From positions 724,524 through 788,523 of the forward strand of contig CAWFYK010000002.1 of assembly GCA_963820035.1 (NCBI GenBank): 64,000 nt of DNA, in the 5' to 3' direction. The notes below the pieces were generated by a model, which was given only the letters and a program-made list of their open reading frames with translations, was not told the origin of the DNA and ran no database searches. Made by a program: the position numbers and the translations under genes. Origin of the DNA: an uncultured Actinomycetota bacterium (GTDB lineage: Bacteria > Actinomycetota > Actinomycetes > Propionibacteriales > Nocardioidaceae). This document shows, piece after piece, positions 49,206 to 58,767 of the stretch. The stretch's first letter is position 1. The number at the start of each line of letters is the position of its first letter.

Positions 49206-50225
49206 ATGCATGTTCTCGTCTCCGGCGGTGCCGGCTACATCGGGTCGCACACCGTCATCCAGCTGATCGCTGCCGGCCACGACGTCCTCATCGTCGACAA
49301 CTTCGCCAACTCCAAGCCCACCGTCGTCAACCGGCTCGAGGCGATCACCGGCCGACCAGTGCAGCTGATGTCGTTCGACCTCTGCGATGCAGACAAGACC
49401 GAGCACCTCTTCGCCAACGAGCCCATCGACGCGGTCGTGCACTTCGCCGGCTTCAAGGCGGTCGGCGAGAGTGTCGAGAAGCCTTTGGAGTACTACGAGA
49501 ACAACCTCGGCACGACGTTCTCCCTGGTGCGGGCCATGCAGCGCCACGGCGTTGACAAGCTGGTGTTCTCGTCGTCGGCGACCGTCTACGGACCCGACGC
49601 TCCGGTGCCGATGGACGAGAGCCTGCCGACCTCGGCGACCAACCCCTACGGCTGGACGAAGGTGATGATCGAGCAGGTGCTGCGGGACGTCGCGGTCGCC
49701 CGGCCCGACTGGCGGATCGGGCTGCTGCGCTACTTCAACCCGGTCGGCGCTCACTCGTCCGGGACGATCGGCGAGGACCCGTCCGACATCCCCAACAACC
49801 TGATGCCCTTCATCGCCCAGGTCGCCGTGGGCCGGCGGGAGAAGCTGCTCGTGTTCGGCGACGACTACGACACGGTCGACGGCACCGGGGTGCGTGACTA
49901 CATCCACGTCGAGGATCTGGCGGCCGGCCACGTCGCGGCCCTGACGAAGCTGACCCGGACCGACCAGTCGGTCAGCACCTGGAACCTCGGCAGCGGCCAC
50001 GGCACCAGCGTCCTCGAGCTGCTGCATGCGTTCGAGCGGGCGGTCGGACGCGAGCTGCCCTACGAGGTGGTCGGCCGTCGCGCGGGCGACATCGCCGCGT
50101 CGTACGCCGATCCGTCACTCGCCGAGGCGGAGCTCGGTTGGACTGCGACCAGGTCCGTCGACGACATGTGCGCGGACGTGTGGCGGTGGCAGTCGCAGAA
50201 CCCGATGGGCTACCCGGACGCCTGA
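49206..50225 (+). CDS. galE: UDP-glucose 4-epimerase
   Basis: VLVSGGAGYIGSH, SSSATVYG, YGWTK, YFNPVGAH, DYIHVEDLA. Confidence 0.9.
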   Translation: MHVLVSGGAGYIGSHTVIQLIAAGHDVLIVDNFANSKPTVVNRLEAITGRPVQLMSFDLCDADKTEHLFANEPIDAVVHFAGFKAVGESVEKPLEYYENNLGTTFSLVRAMQRHGVDKLVFSSSATVYGPDAPVPMDESLPTSATNPYGWTKVMIEQVLRDVAVARPDWRIGLLRYFNPVGAHSSGTIGEDPSDIPNNLMPFIAQVAVGRREKLLVFGDDYDTVDGTGVRDYIHVEDLAAGHVAALTKLTRTDQSVSTWNLGSGHGTSVLELLHAFERAVGRELPYEVVGRRAGDIAASYADPSLAEAELGWTATRSVDDMCADVWRWQSQNPMGYPDA

Positions 50226-50252
50226 CACCGATCCGAGACGACGCGTCGCGGC

Positions 50253-50825
50253 CTACTCCGAGAGGGCAGCCGCCGAGCGGCGCGCTCGGTCGACGCTCCG
50301 CTCGGCCCGGTCGACGAGATCAGCTCCGGATCCCGCGGCAGCGACGTTGATCGAGACCAGCCGCGCCGCAGCGCGGGTTGCCGCCTCCGCCAGCAGGAGC
50401 CCAGTCGCGCAGTCGCCACGCAACCTGCGGTTGCCCTCGACCAGCAGCCTGCCTGCGAGCTCGGCTGCCTGCGCGCCGAGCTCGGCCGTCTCAGTCGGCA
50501 CCTCCGAGGCTTCCCGAAGGGCGTCCTGAAGACCGACTGCCTCGCACTCGCGCGAGGTCGGCCGATCTCCTCGGGCTGCGACGCCCGCCGCGATCACCTT
50601 CCCGTAGGCCCGGCTGTCCGCATCCGCGAGCTGGACGGCCCGGAGCCGGAGTGCGTCGGCGCGGTTAGCCAGCAGCTCGGAGTCGGCCACCGAGTCGGCG
50701 GAATAGCGTGCCGTCATCGCGACCAACCCGGCGGCGAGTGACACGGCGATCGCGGCGACCGCTCCACCGCCCGGAGCCGGCGTCCGCTCGGCGACCTCGT
50801 CGATGAAGCGGCTGAGGTCCGTCAA
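50253..50825 (-). CDS. Cyclodeaminase/cyclohydrolase family protein (FTCD C-terminal-like)
   Basis: FIDEVAERTPAPGGGAVAAIAVSLAAGLVAMTARY. No in-frame ATG nearby. TTG at 50825-50823 overlaps the fhs stop, so the start is uncertain. Confidence 0.6.
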   Translation of the reverse strand: MTDLSRFIDEVAERTPAPGGGAVAAIAVSLAAGLVAMTARYSADSVADSELLANRADALRLRAVQLADADSRAYGKVIAAGVAARGDRPTSRECEAVGLQDALREASEVPTETAELGAQAAELAGRLLVEGNRRLRGDCATGLLLAEAATRAAARLVSINVAAAGSGADLVDRAERSVDRARRSAAALSE

Positions 50826-52516
50826 AACAGCCCGACCGTCTCGCCGTTCTCGTCGATGTCGATGTGGGCGGCGGCCGGGTCGGAGCCAAGGCCCGGCATG
50901 GTGCGCATGTCGCCGCAGATCGGGTAGATATAGCCGGCACCGACCGATGCGCGCACCTCGCGGACCGGCAGCGTCCATCCGGTCGGGGCGCCCTTGAGCT
51001 TCGGGTCCGACGAGAGCGACAGGTGCGTCTTCGCGATGCAGATCGGCAGGTTGCCGAAGCCGGCCTTCTCGTACTGGTCGAGCTGCCGGCGCGCGGCCAC
51101 CGAGTAGTCGACGTCGGCGGCGCCGTAGATCTCGGTGGCGATGGTCTCGATCTTCTGACGCAGGGGAACGTCGTCGGGGTAGAGCAGCTCGAACCGACTG
51201 GGCTCCTCGGCGGCCTCGGCGACAGCCTCGGCGAGCTCGATCGCTCCTCGCCCTCCGTCGGCGAAGTGGTTCGACACCGCACATCGGGCACCCGCCTGCT
51301 CGGCGATCTCCCGCACCGCCGCGACCTCGCTCGGGTGGTCGTCGGTGAAGGAGTTGAGGGCTACGACGGGCGAGACGCCGTGCCGGCGTACGTTCTCGAT
51401 CTGCTTGATGAGGTTCGCGGCGCCCGCCTGCACGTCGTCGACGTTCTCGGCGAAGAGGTCGTCGGGCAGCGGGCGGCCGGCGACGATGCGGTAGTTGCCG
51501 GAGTGCGCCTTGAGCGCGCGCACGGTCGCCACGACCACCGCCGCATCGGGGGCCTCACCGGCGACCCGGCACTTGATGTTGAAGAAGCGCTCGGCGCCCA
51601 TGTCGGCCCCGAACCCCGCCTCGGTGACCACGTAGTCCCCACATCGCAAGGCGATCAGGTCGGCCAGCACCGAGGAGGTGCCGGTCGCGATGTTGCCGAA
51701 CGGGCCGCCATGGACCAGGACGGGTGTGTTCTCGATCGTCTGCAGCAGGTTGGGTTTGATGGCCTGCCGCATCAACACCGTCATCGCGCCGGCGGTGTTG
51801 AGCTGCTCCGCTGTCACTGGTGCGCCGTCCTTCGTGTAGCCCACGACGATCCGGCCGAACCGCTCGCGGAGATCGCGGAACGATGTCGCCAGCCCCAGTG
51901 TCGACATCACCTCCGACGCCGCGGTGATGTCGAAGCCGGTCTCCCTGGGTACGCCGTCCAACCGGCCGCCGAGGCCTGTCACGATGCCGCGAAGCGCGCG
52001 GTCGTTGATGTCGAGGACTCGGCGCCACGTGATGCTGTAGGGGTCGATCCCCAACGCGTTGCCCTGGTAGATGTGGTTGTCGAGCATCGCACTCAGCAGG
52101 TTGTGTGCTGTGGTGATGGCGTGGATGTCACCCGTGAGGTGGAGGTTCAGCTTCTCCATCGGGACGACCTGGCTGTATCCCCCACCCGCTGCGCCGCCCT
52201 TGATGCCCAGCGTCGGACCCATAGACGCCTGGCGCAGCACGGCGACGGCTCGACGGCCGATATGGCTCATCCCTTGGGAGAGTCCCACCGCGGTCGTCGT
52301 CTTGCCCTCGCCGAGCGGGGTGGGGGTGATGGCGGTGACGACGACGTACTTCGCCCGGGGCCGGTCGGCGAGCTCCTCGATGGCATCGAGACTGACCTTC
52401 ATCACGTCGCGGCCATAGGGCTCCAGCAGGTGGCTGCCGAGGCCCATGTCGCCTGCGATGTCCTCGATGGGCTTGAGGGTGGCGGCGCGGGCGATCTCCA
52501 GGTTTCCGAGGGCCAT
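50822..52516 (-). CDS. fhs: Formate--tetrahydrofolate ligase
   Basis: VVTAITPTPLGEGKTTT, PSMGP.LGIKGGAAGGGY, EAGFGADMGAE.FFNIKCR, PICIAKTHLSLS. Confidence 0.9.
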   Translation of the reverse strand: MALGNLEIARAATLKPIEDIAGDMGLGSHLLEPYGRDVMKVSLDAIEELADRPRAKYVVVTAITPTPLGEGKTTTAVGLSQGMSHIGRRAVAVLRQASMGPTLGIKGGAAGGGYSQVVPMEKLNLHLTGDIHAITTAHNLLSAMLDNHIYQGNALGIDPYSITWRRVLDINDRALRGIVTGLGGRLDGVPRETGFDITAASEVMSTLGLATSFRDLRERFGRIVVGYTKDGAPVTAEQLNTAGAMTVLMRQAIKPNLLQTIENTPVLVHGGPFGNIATGTSSVLADLIALRCGDYVVTEAGFGADMGAERFFNIKCRVAGEAPDAAVVVATVRALKAHSGNYRIVAGRPLPDDLFAENVDDVQAGAANLIKQIENVRRHGVSPVVALNSFTDDHPSEVAAVREIAEQAGARCAVSNHFADGGRGAIELAEAVAEAAEEPSRFELLYPDDVPLRQKIETIATEIYGAADVDYSVAARRQLDQYEKAGFGNLPICIAKTHLSLSSDPKLKGAPTGWTLPVREVRASVGAGYIYPICGDMRTMPGLGSDPAAAHIDIDENGETVGLF

Positions 52517-52776
52517 GCGGGGCTGTCCTTTCGGTCGTGGGTCGTACGTCGGCCGGGCCGCCGGGTGTGTCTCTCACCGGGTCACCGCGGCCACGCGCGC
52601 CGATCGTACGCTCATCGCGGCTCGTGCGGGGGTACGACGAGGTGACACGCTCGATTGCGGAGAACGCAGGTTCTCGAGCACCAGAATCCTGCGCGTCCCG
52701 CCTAGACTCGATCGCGACGGGGCAGGCAGGCGCCAATCGGCGAGCAGCCGCGAGCAGCCGTGACGACACGGGAGGG

Positions 52777-53763
52777 ATGCCGGACGTGAACGAGCCGGAG
52801 GTGACGACGCCTTCGTGCTGCACGCCCGCCCCGCCCGACCGGGCACGGTCCCAAGCGGCACCTGGTGAAGCCGTCGCGAGCAGTCCCCACGGCGCCCGGA
52901 ATCCCCGGAGCACGCGAGGACAGGTCCGGCTTCCCGGCGGCACGTTCGCGATGGGCGACCCGTTCGACGAGGGCTACCCTTCCGACGGCGAGACTCCGGT
53001 CCATGAGGTCACGCTCGACTCCTTCCTGATGGACGCGACGGCGGTGACCAACGCCCAGTTCGCCACGTTCGTCAAGGCGACGGGCTACCGCACCGAGGCC
53101 GAGGACTTCGGCTCGTCCGCGGTCTTCCACCTCGTCGTACCTGCTGAGAACGCGGAGGTGCTCGGGATCGCCACCGGCGTGCCCTGGTGGCTCAACGTCG
53201 AAGGCGCCTGCTGGCGTCATCCCGAGGGACCCACCTCGACGATCGCCGACCGGCAGAACCACCCCGCCGTCCACCTCTCGTGGAACGACGCCAACGCCTA
53301 CTGCGCCTGGGCCGGCAAGCGACTGCCCACCGAGGCCGAGTGGGAGTACGCCGCCCGCGGCGGTCTCGAGTCGAGGCGCTTCGCGTGGGGTGACGAGCTC
53401 ACCCCCAACGGTCGCTGGAACTGCAATATCTGGCAGGGCCGGTTCCCGCAGGTCAACACGCTCGACGACGGCTTCCTCACCACGGCCCCGGTCAAGAGCT
53501 TCCGGCCCAACGGCTTCGGGCTCTGGAACATGGCCGGGAACGTCTGGGAGTGGTGCTCCGACTGGTTCTCGCCCGACTACTACCGCGAGTCGCCCGCGTC
53601 CTCGCCCGCGGGTCCCGAATCCGGGGAGCAGCGCGTCATGCGCGGCGGCTCCTATCTCTGCCACGACTCGTACTGCAACCGCTACCGGGTCGCCGCCCGC
53701 TCGTCGAACACCCCCGAGTCCTTCTCTGGCAACCTGGGGTTCCGCTGCGCCAACGACGACTGA
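52777..53763 (+). CDS. Formylglycine-generating enzyme (SUMF1/FGE) family protein
   Basis: GGTFAMGD, HPAVHLSWNDANAYCAWAGKRLPTEAEWEYAARGG, GNVWEWCSDWF, RVMRGGSYLCH.SYCNRYRVAAR. GGAGGG lies before ATG 52777. Confidence 0.85.
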   Translation: MPDVNEPEVTTPSCCTPAPPDRARSQAAPGEAVASSPHGARNPRSTRGQVRLPGGTFAMGDPFDEGYPSDGETPVHEVTLDSFLMDATAVTNAQFATFVKATGYRTEAEDFGSSAVFHLVVPAENAEVLGIATGVPWWLNVEGACWRHPEGPTSTIADRQNHPAVHLSWNDANAYCAWAGKRLPTEAEWEYAARGGLESRRFAWGDELTPNGRWNCNIWQGRFPQVNTLDDGFLTTAPVKSFRPNGFGLWNMAGNVWEWCSDWFSPDYYRESPASSPAGPESGEQRVMRGGSYLCHDSYCNRYRVAARSSNTPESFSGNLGFRCANDD

Positions 53764-53773
53764 CCCGGATCCG

Positions 53774-54139
53774 TCACCAGAGCAGGCCGCCGAGGGCGTA
53801 GCCAGCGACCACGAAGGACAGGCCGACCACCACACTGGCCACGACGTTGACACCGGCGGCCAGCATCGAGCCGTCCTCGACGAGCCGGAACGTCTCGAAG
53901 TTGAACGTCGAGAACGTCGTGAGCGCTCCGCAGAAGCCGGTGCCGATGAGCAGGAGCAGCCAGTGGGATGACGAACCGGCGGCACCGGCCACCAGACCGA
54001 GGATGGCTGATCCCACCATGTTGACCGTGAAGGTCCCCCACGGGAAGACCATGTCGTGGCGGGCGGAGATGACCCGGTCGGTGGAGTAGCGGCCCACGGC
54101 ACCCACGCACCCGCCAAGGAACACCAGGAGGATCGCCAC
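53774..54139 (-). CDS. crcB: Fluoride efflux channel CrcB (FEX/Fluc)
   Basis: GGCVGAVGRY, GTFTVNMVGS, TGFCGALTTFSTF. Confidence 0.85.
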   Translation of the reverse strand: MAILLVFLGGCVGAVGRYSTDRVISARHDMVFPWGTFTVNMVGSAILGLVAGAAGSSSHWLLLLIGTGFCGALTTFSTFNFETFRLVEDGSMLAAGVNVVASVVVGLSFVVAGYALGGLLW

Positions 54140-54143
54140 GACG

Positions 54144-54488
54144 CTAGCCTCCGCTCTCGTCCTCGAGGAAGCGCACGACCTCCACCGGCTCGATCACACA
54201 GGTAGCCCGGCTGACGAGCCCTTCGAGCGCATCGACGAAGTCGCGCACCCGCTGCTCGCTGTCGATGACCACCACCATGATCGGCAGGTCGTCGCCGAGC
54301 GACAGGATCCGGGTGGTGTGGATCGTTCCTGCGGAACCGTAGCCCTCGATGCCGCGAAAGACGGCCGCGCCCGCGAGCTTGGCCCGATGTGCCCGGTGCA
54401 CGATCTCCGTGTAAAGCGGATGGTGGTGGTATTGGTGCGACTCGCCGACGAAGATCGTCAGCCGGGTGGCTTGCCCCTCGACTCTCAT
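54144..54488 (-). CDS. DUF190-domain protein (frequent crcB partner)
   Basis: RLTIFVGESHQYHHHPLYTEIVHRAHRAKLAGAAVFRGIEGYG. Confidence 0.7.
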   Translation of the reverse strand: MRVEGQATRLTIFVGESHQYHHHPLYTEIVHRAHRAKLAGAAVFRGIEGYGSAGTIHTTRILSLGDDLPIMVVVIDSEQRVRDFVDALEGLVSRATCVIEPVEVVRFLEDESGG

Positions 54489-54501
54489 CTCGCCCCTCTC
54501 A

Positions 54502-55038
54502 TCAGCTGATCTCTCGATCCTGACGCGTCCGCGTTCTGGTGGCCACACGGGTCACCGCCACACCGAGCCACACCCCGACGAGCCCGGTGACGAGCGAGCC
54601 GACGAGATAGGCCGCCGCGAGCAGCCATTCATCGCCTGCTCCGAGCATCCGCACATCGAGCATGGCAGTTGAGTACGTCGTGAGCCCGCCCAGCACGCCG
54701 ACGCCGAGGAACGGCCGCAGGTAGCGCCCGGGTCGCCAGACATCGGTGACGAAGACCATCAGCACCCCGATCAGCACGCAGCCGACGGCATTGACGACGT
54801 ACGTCGACCACGGGAACCCGGGTGCCCCCGTCGGCACGACCTGAGCGACCGCATAGCGGAGGATGCTGCCGAGGCCCCCGCCCACGGCGATCACCGCCAG
54901 CACGTCGCCGTCGCGACGGAACGCGCCAGGCGCTCGGGACAGCCAGCTGCCGACCGGTTCGGGCCGGCGGCGGAAGAGGTCAGGCCGGTCGCGCGTCCCG
55001 ACCACGTCGGGGTCGACCGGCAGCCGCTCGCTATCCAT
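54502..55038 (-). CDS. crcB: Fluoride efflux channel CrcB, second paralog with an N-terminal extension
   Basis: IAVGGGLGSILRY, STYVVNAVGC, GVLGGLTTYST. Start at MDSERL (55038), with GGAGG 9 nt upstream. Confidence 0.8.
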   Translation of the reverse strand: MDSERLPVDPDVVGTRDRPDLFRRRPEPVGSWLSRAPGAFRRDGDVLAVIAVGGGLGSILRYAVAQVVPTGAPGFPWSTYVVNAVGCVLIGVLMVFVTDVWRPGRYLRPFLGVGVLGGLTTYSTAMLDVRMLGAGDEWLLAAAYLVGSLVTGLVGVWLGVAVTRVATRTRTRQDREIS

Positions 55039-55097
55039 GCGCACCATCCTCCACCGACCGTCTCGAAGGCACGGACCTGCTGGACCATGCTGGACTG

Positions 55098-55154
55098 CGG
55101 TAGAGGCCATCAGCGAAGTGCACGTCGCGGGTCAAGGCGAGCCTCATCGCCTGT
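55098..55154 (-). promoter_or_regulatory. Fluoride riboswitch (crcB RNA motif)
   Basis: Minus-strand RNA: ACAGGCGAUGAGGCUCGCCUUGACCCGCGACGUGCACUUCGCUGAUGGCCUCUACCG. It shares GGCGAUGAGGC.CGCC and CUGAUGGCCUCUAC with the Thermotoga petrophila fluoride riboswitch as I recall it. Located about 60 nt upstream of the crcB-DUF190-crcB operon. Confidence 0.85.
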
Positions 55155-55196
55155 GCAACGAGTCTGCCCCAGACCACGGGGCTAGGCAAGCGAGAG

Positions 55197-56960
55197 TCAG
55201 TCCCGCCGCCGCTTGGCTGCCCACGAGCGGATCGTGCTGATCCGCTGCTCCAGCTCGCTCGCCGTCGCGGCTGCGGCGGGTGGCCCACCGCAGGCTTTTC
55301 GGAGCTCGGCGTGGATCACCCCGTGGGGCGAGCCGGACCGATGGTGCCAGGCGGCCACGAGCGTGTTGAGCTCCTTGCGGAGCCCGGCCAGCAGTTCGTG
55401 CGTGGTCGGCTCCGCCGGCGAGGCGCCACCGGTCCGATGTCGCTTCCGCCCGCTGGCGGCCTGACGGGTCCGCAACAGCTGCCTGACCTGGTCGGGCTCG
55501 AGGAGACCGGGGATGCCGAGGAAGTCCAGCTCCTCGTCGCTGCCCGGCGTCACGTCCCCCTGGGGTCCGAACTCGCCGCCATCGAAGACCACCCGGTCGA
55601 AGGACGCCGCGCTCGACAACGCGGCGTAGCCAGGGCCGTCCTCGGGGACAGTGGAGTCGGCAGCGGCCCGGCTGAGCAGGTCGTCCTCCGCCGCGAAGAT
55701 GTCGTCGTCGGTGCTCACCGGCCGCCGCAGGGCATGGTCGCGCTGCACCTCCATCTCCGCGGCAAGGGCGAGCAGCGGGCCGACCGAGGGCACGAACACG
55801 GTGGCTGTCTCACCCCGCCGACGCGCCCGGACGAATCGCCCGACCGCCTGGGCGAAGTACAGCGGTGTCGCCGCCGTCGTGGCGTAGACGCCGACCGCGA
55901 GCCTCGGGATGTCCACCCCTTCGCTGACCATCCGGACCGCCACCATCCAGCGTCTGTCACTGGCCGCGAAGTCGGCGATCTTCCGGGAGGCGGCCCGCTC
56001 GTCCGACAGCACGAGGGTGGCACGCTCCCCGGTGACGTCGGCGACCAGCTTCGCGTAGCCCCTCGCGGCATCCTGGTCCGTCGCGATCACCAGCCCGGCC
56101 GCGTCGGGGACGTGCTGGCGAACCTCCGTGAGCCGCCGATCGGCAGCCGAGAGCACCGCAGGCACCCAAGCCCCCTCCACGTGGAGCGCGGTGCGCAGTG
56201 CCTGGGCTGCCTGGTCCTTCGTCAGCGGCTGGCCGAGCCGCGCCGACATCTCGTCGCCGACGCGGCTGCGCCATTGCACGTCACCCGAGTAGGCCATGAA
56301 AAGCACCGGCCGGACCACCCGGTCGGCGAGCGCCTCCGCGTAGCCGTAGGTGTAGTCGGCGATGCTGCGCTTGACCCCTTCGGGATCGGGGGCATAGGTG
56401 ACGAAGGGGATCGGGTTGACGTCGGACCGGAACGGGGTGCCGGTCAGCGCCAACCGCCTGGTCGCCGGCTCGAACGCCTCCTGCACAGCCTCCCCCCAGC
56501 TCAGGGCGTCGCCCGCGTGATGCACCTCGTCGAGGATGACAAGGGTCCGATAGCGCTCGGTGCGCACCCGGAAGGCCAGCGGCTTGGCTGCGACTCCGGC
56601 ATAGGTGACGACGACGCCGACGTAGTCCTTGCTCGGCCTGCCTTGCGTCGGTGAGTACGTCGGGTCGACCGCCAGCCCGGCGCGGGCGGCCGCCTGCGCC
56701 CACTGGGTCTTGAGATGCTCGGTGGGGGCGACGATCGTGACCCGGTCGATGACCCGCCGTTCGAGCAGCGTCGACGCGACGGTGAGGGCGAACGTGGTCT
56801 TGCCGGAGCCTGGGGTGGCCACGGCCAGGAAGTCGCGGCTCCCCGCCTCGAGGTATTGCCCGAGCGCGGCGTCCTGCCAGGCTCGGAGCCGGGGCGCCGT
56901 ACCCCAGGCGGCTCGCTCGGGGTAGGCGGCGCCGAGGAGGTGGGGTGCGTGGTCGGTCAC
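55197..56960 (-). CDS. DEAD/DEAH-box (SF2, Res-subunit-like) helicase
   Basis: Motif I ATPGSGKT, motif II ILDEVHH, motif III LTGTP, and a C-terminal helicase lobe (VSEGVDIPRL, QAVGRFVR). Confidence 0.75.
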   Translation of the reverse strand: MTDHAPHLLGAAYPERAAWGTAPRLRAWQDAALGQYLEAGSRDFLAVATPGSGKTTFALTVASTLLERRVIDRVTIVAPTEHLKTQWAQAAARAGLAVDPTYSPTQGRPSKDYVGVVVTYAGVAAKPLAFRVRTERYRTLVILDEVHHAGDALSWGEAVQEAFEPATRRLALTGTPFRSDVNPIPFVTYAPDPEGVKRSIADYTYGYAEALADRVVRPVLFMAYSGDVQWRSRVGDEMSARLGQPLTKDQAAQALRTALHVEGAWVPAVLSAADRRLTEVRQHVPDAAGLVIATDQDAARGYAKLVADVTGERATLVLSDERAASRKIADFAASDRRWMVAVRMVSEGVDIPRLAVGVYATTAATPLYFAQAVGRFVRARRRGETATVFVPSVGPLLALAAEMEVQRDHALRRPVSTDDDIFAAEDDLLSRAAADSTVPEDGPGYAALSSAASFDRVVFDGGEFGPQGDVTPGSDEELDFLGIPGLLEPDQVRQLLRTRQAASGRKRHRTGGASPAEPTTHELLAGLRKELNTLVAAWHHRSGSPHGVIHAELRKACGGPPAAAATASELEQRISTIRSWAAKRRRD

Positions 56961-57023
56961 GGAGTCCTTTCACGGCGCGGCCGGGCATGGGGACGCGTCG
57001 GTGCGACAGCGGAACGGCCCAGC

Positions 57024-58439
57024 CTACGTGGGGTTCGCGGCGCCTGTCGGGCGCACCCGGAACGCCACCACGACCGCCAGCAGCATGACCGCGAAGCACA
57101 GCCCGAAGATGACCTCGAAGACCTCGGTGGCCGGCAGGGAGCCGCGCCACAGGGCGAAGACAACGCCAGCGGCTCCCACCACCACGAGACCGCCGAGCGA
57201 GTCGCTCATCTGCAGCGCCGCGGAGTTCGCGCCCTGCTCCGAGGGCCGGGAGAGCTCGAACAGCAGCACCGAGTTGCTCGACATCGACAATCCCATCCCG
57301 AGCCCTCCGATCGCCAGCCCGACCCCGGCCAGCCAGGCGGGCACGACGACTGCCGCCGTGACCACACTGGCCGACCCGGTGACCAGGACGCCCACCATGG
57401 TCACCGCGGCGCCAATGCGGACCAGCCCGCTGCGCCGGGTTCGCAGACTGGAGCGACCCTGCCACCAGGAGCCGGAGGCCCAGCCGATGGCGGTGCAGGC
57501 GACCGCCAGCCCGGCAAGGGTCGGCGAGGCTCCGCGATGCTCGACGAGCATCAGCGGAACGTATGCCTCGCAGCCGAAGAAGCCGCCCGCGATGACACCA
57601 CGAAACGCCACGACGGACGGGAGTCCTCGTCGCAGCCGCAGGGTGCCGGCAGGAAAAAGCCGCCAGGCGCTGACCGACACCAGACCCAGCCCGACGACGG
57701 CCGCGAAGATGGCGACGGTCCAATTGCGGTTCCCGGCCTCCAGTCCGGCCCATTGCAGCACCCCGGCGCCGACCGCCATCGCGAGTGCCATCGGGATGCG
57801 CCCGGTCTGTGCCACCGCCTCGCGCGGCCGGTCACCACTGATGCGCGGGATGACGAAGGCCAAGGGCAGCGGAACGAGCGGGACGAGCGACAGGAAGGCC
57901 CACCGCCAGGAGACGTACTGGGTCAGGCTGCCGGCGACGAACGGACCGACGACGGAGGGCACCACCCACGCCGTCGCGATCAGCGACATCACCTTGGGCC
58001 GCAAGGATTCGGGATAGCACTGCCCGATCACGACGTAGACCGCGACGATGGTGAGTCCGGCTCCGAGGCCCTGTACGACGCGGCCTGCGATCAGCATCGG
58101 CATCGACGTGCTGAGACCGGACACCACCAGCCCCAGCCCGAAACACAGTCCGCCGACGAGCAGCGGCACCCTCGGACCGATCCGGTCACACACCCCGCCA
58201 CCGACTCCGGTCGAGAACATCACCGCCCCGAGAAAGCCGGTGAGCGCCCAGGCATAGAGGCTCAGACCGCCGAGGTCGCGGGCGGCCACCGGCAGCGCGG
58301 TGGCGACGGCCATGAACTCGAAGGCGATCACCACGATCATCGCGAAGATGCCGCACGAGAGGGCGCGGTAGGCAGGGTGGAACGGGCTGGTCTCGAGCGG
58401 GGGACGGCTCGTCAGCGACCCCGCCGCGCCCGGAGCCAT
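57024..58439 (-). CDS. MFS transporter (DHA2/EmrB-like, 14-TM type)
   Basis: Start at MAPGAAGS. Motifs GGGVCDRIGPR and RVVQGLGAG, with many TM segments. Confidence 0.8.
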   Translation of the reverse strand: MAPGAAGSLTSRPPLETSPFHPAYRALSCGIFAMIVVIAFEFMAVATALPVAARDLGGLSLYAWALTGFLGAVMFSTGVGGGVCDRIGPRVPLLVGGLCFGLGLVVSGLSTSMPMLIAGRVVQGLGAGLTIVAVYVVIGQCYPESLRPKVMSLIATAWVVPSVVGPFVAGSLTQYVSWRWAFLSLVPLVPLPLAFVIPRISGDRPREAVAQTGRIPMALAMAVGAGVLQWAGLEAGNRNWTVAIFAAVVGLGLVSVSAWRLFPAGTLRLRRGLPSVVAFRGVIAGGFFGCEAYVPLMLVEHRGASPTLAGLAVACTAIGWASGSWWQGRSSLRTRRSGLVRIGAAVTMVGVLVTGSASVVTAAVVVPAWLAGVGLAIGGLGMGLSMSSNSVLLFELSRPSEQGANSAALQMSDSLGGLVVVGAAGVVFALWRGSLPATEVFEVIFGLCFAVMLLAVVVAFRVRPTGAANPT

Positions 58440-58474
58440 CAGGCGATCTCCTCGTCGTCGCGGACGGACGGACC

Positions 58475-58738
58475 TCAGTCCTGGTTCTCGTCGTCGCCGT
58501 GCTTCAACGACTCCCAGATCTCCTTGCAGGTGGGACAGATGGGGTACTTCTGGGGGTCCCGGCTCGGGACCCACACCTTGCCGCAGAGCGCGACCACCGG
58601 AGTACCCATCACCATGGCCTCCGTCAGCTTGTCCTTGCGGGCGTAGTGGCTGAACCGGTCATGGCCGCCGTCGTCGAGATCTTCCTCGGTACGGCGGTCC
58701 TCGATCGTCTCGACGCCTGGACTCAGCTGGGTGCTCAC
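58475..58738 (-). CDS. DUF3039-domain protein
   Basis: DRFSHYARKDKLTEAMVMGTPVVALCGKVWVPSRDPQKYPICPTCKEIW. GTG start at 58738. Confidence 0.7.
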   Translation of the reverse strand: MSTQLSPGVETIEDRRTEEDLDDGGHDRFSHYARKDKLTEAMVMGTPVVALCGKVWVPSRDPQKYPICPTCKEIWESLKHGDDENQD

Positions 58739-58767
58739 GCCGACAGTGTAGTGAGGCCAGGTCTGGC

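Noticed and set aside
55197-56960. Restriction-modification or defence system (Res-subunit-like SF2 helicase)
   Set aside because: The helicase stands alone, with no methyltransferase, nuclease or specificity gene adjacent. Its neighbours are conserved housekeeping-type genes (DUF3039, AlgH, malic enzyme).
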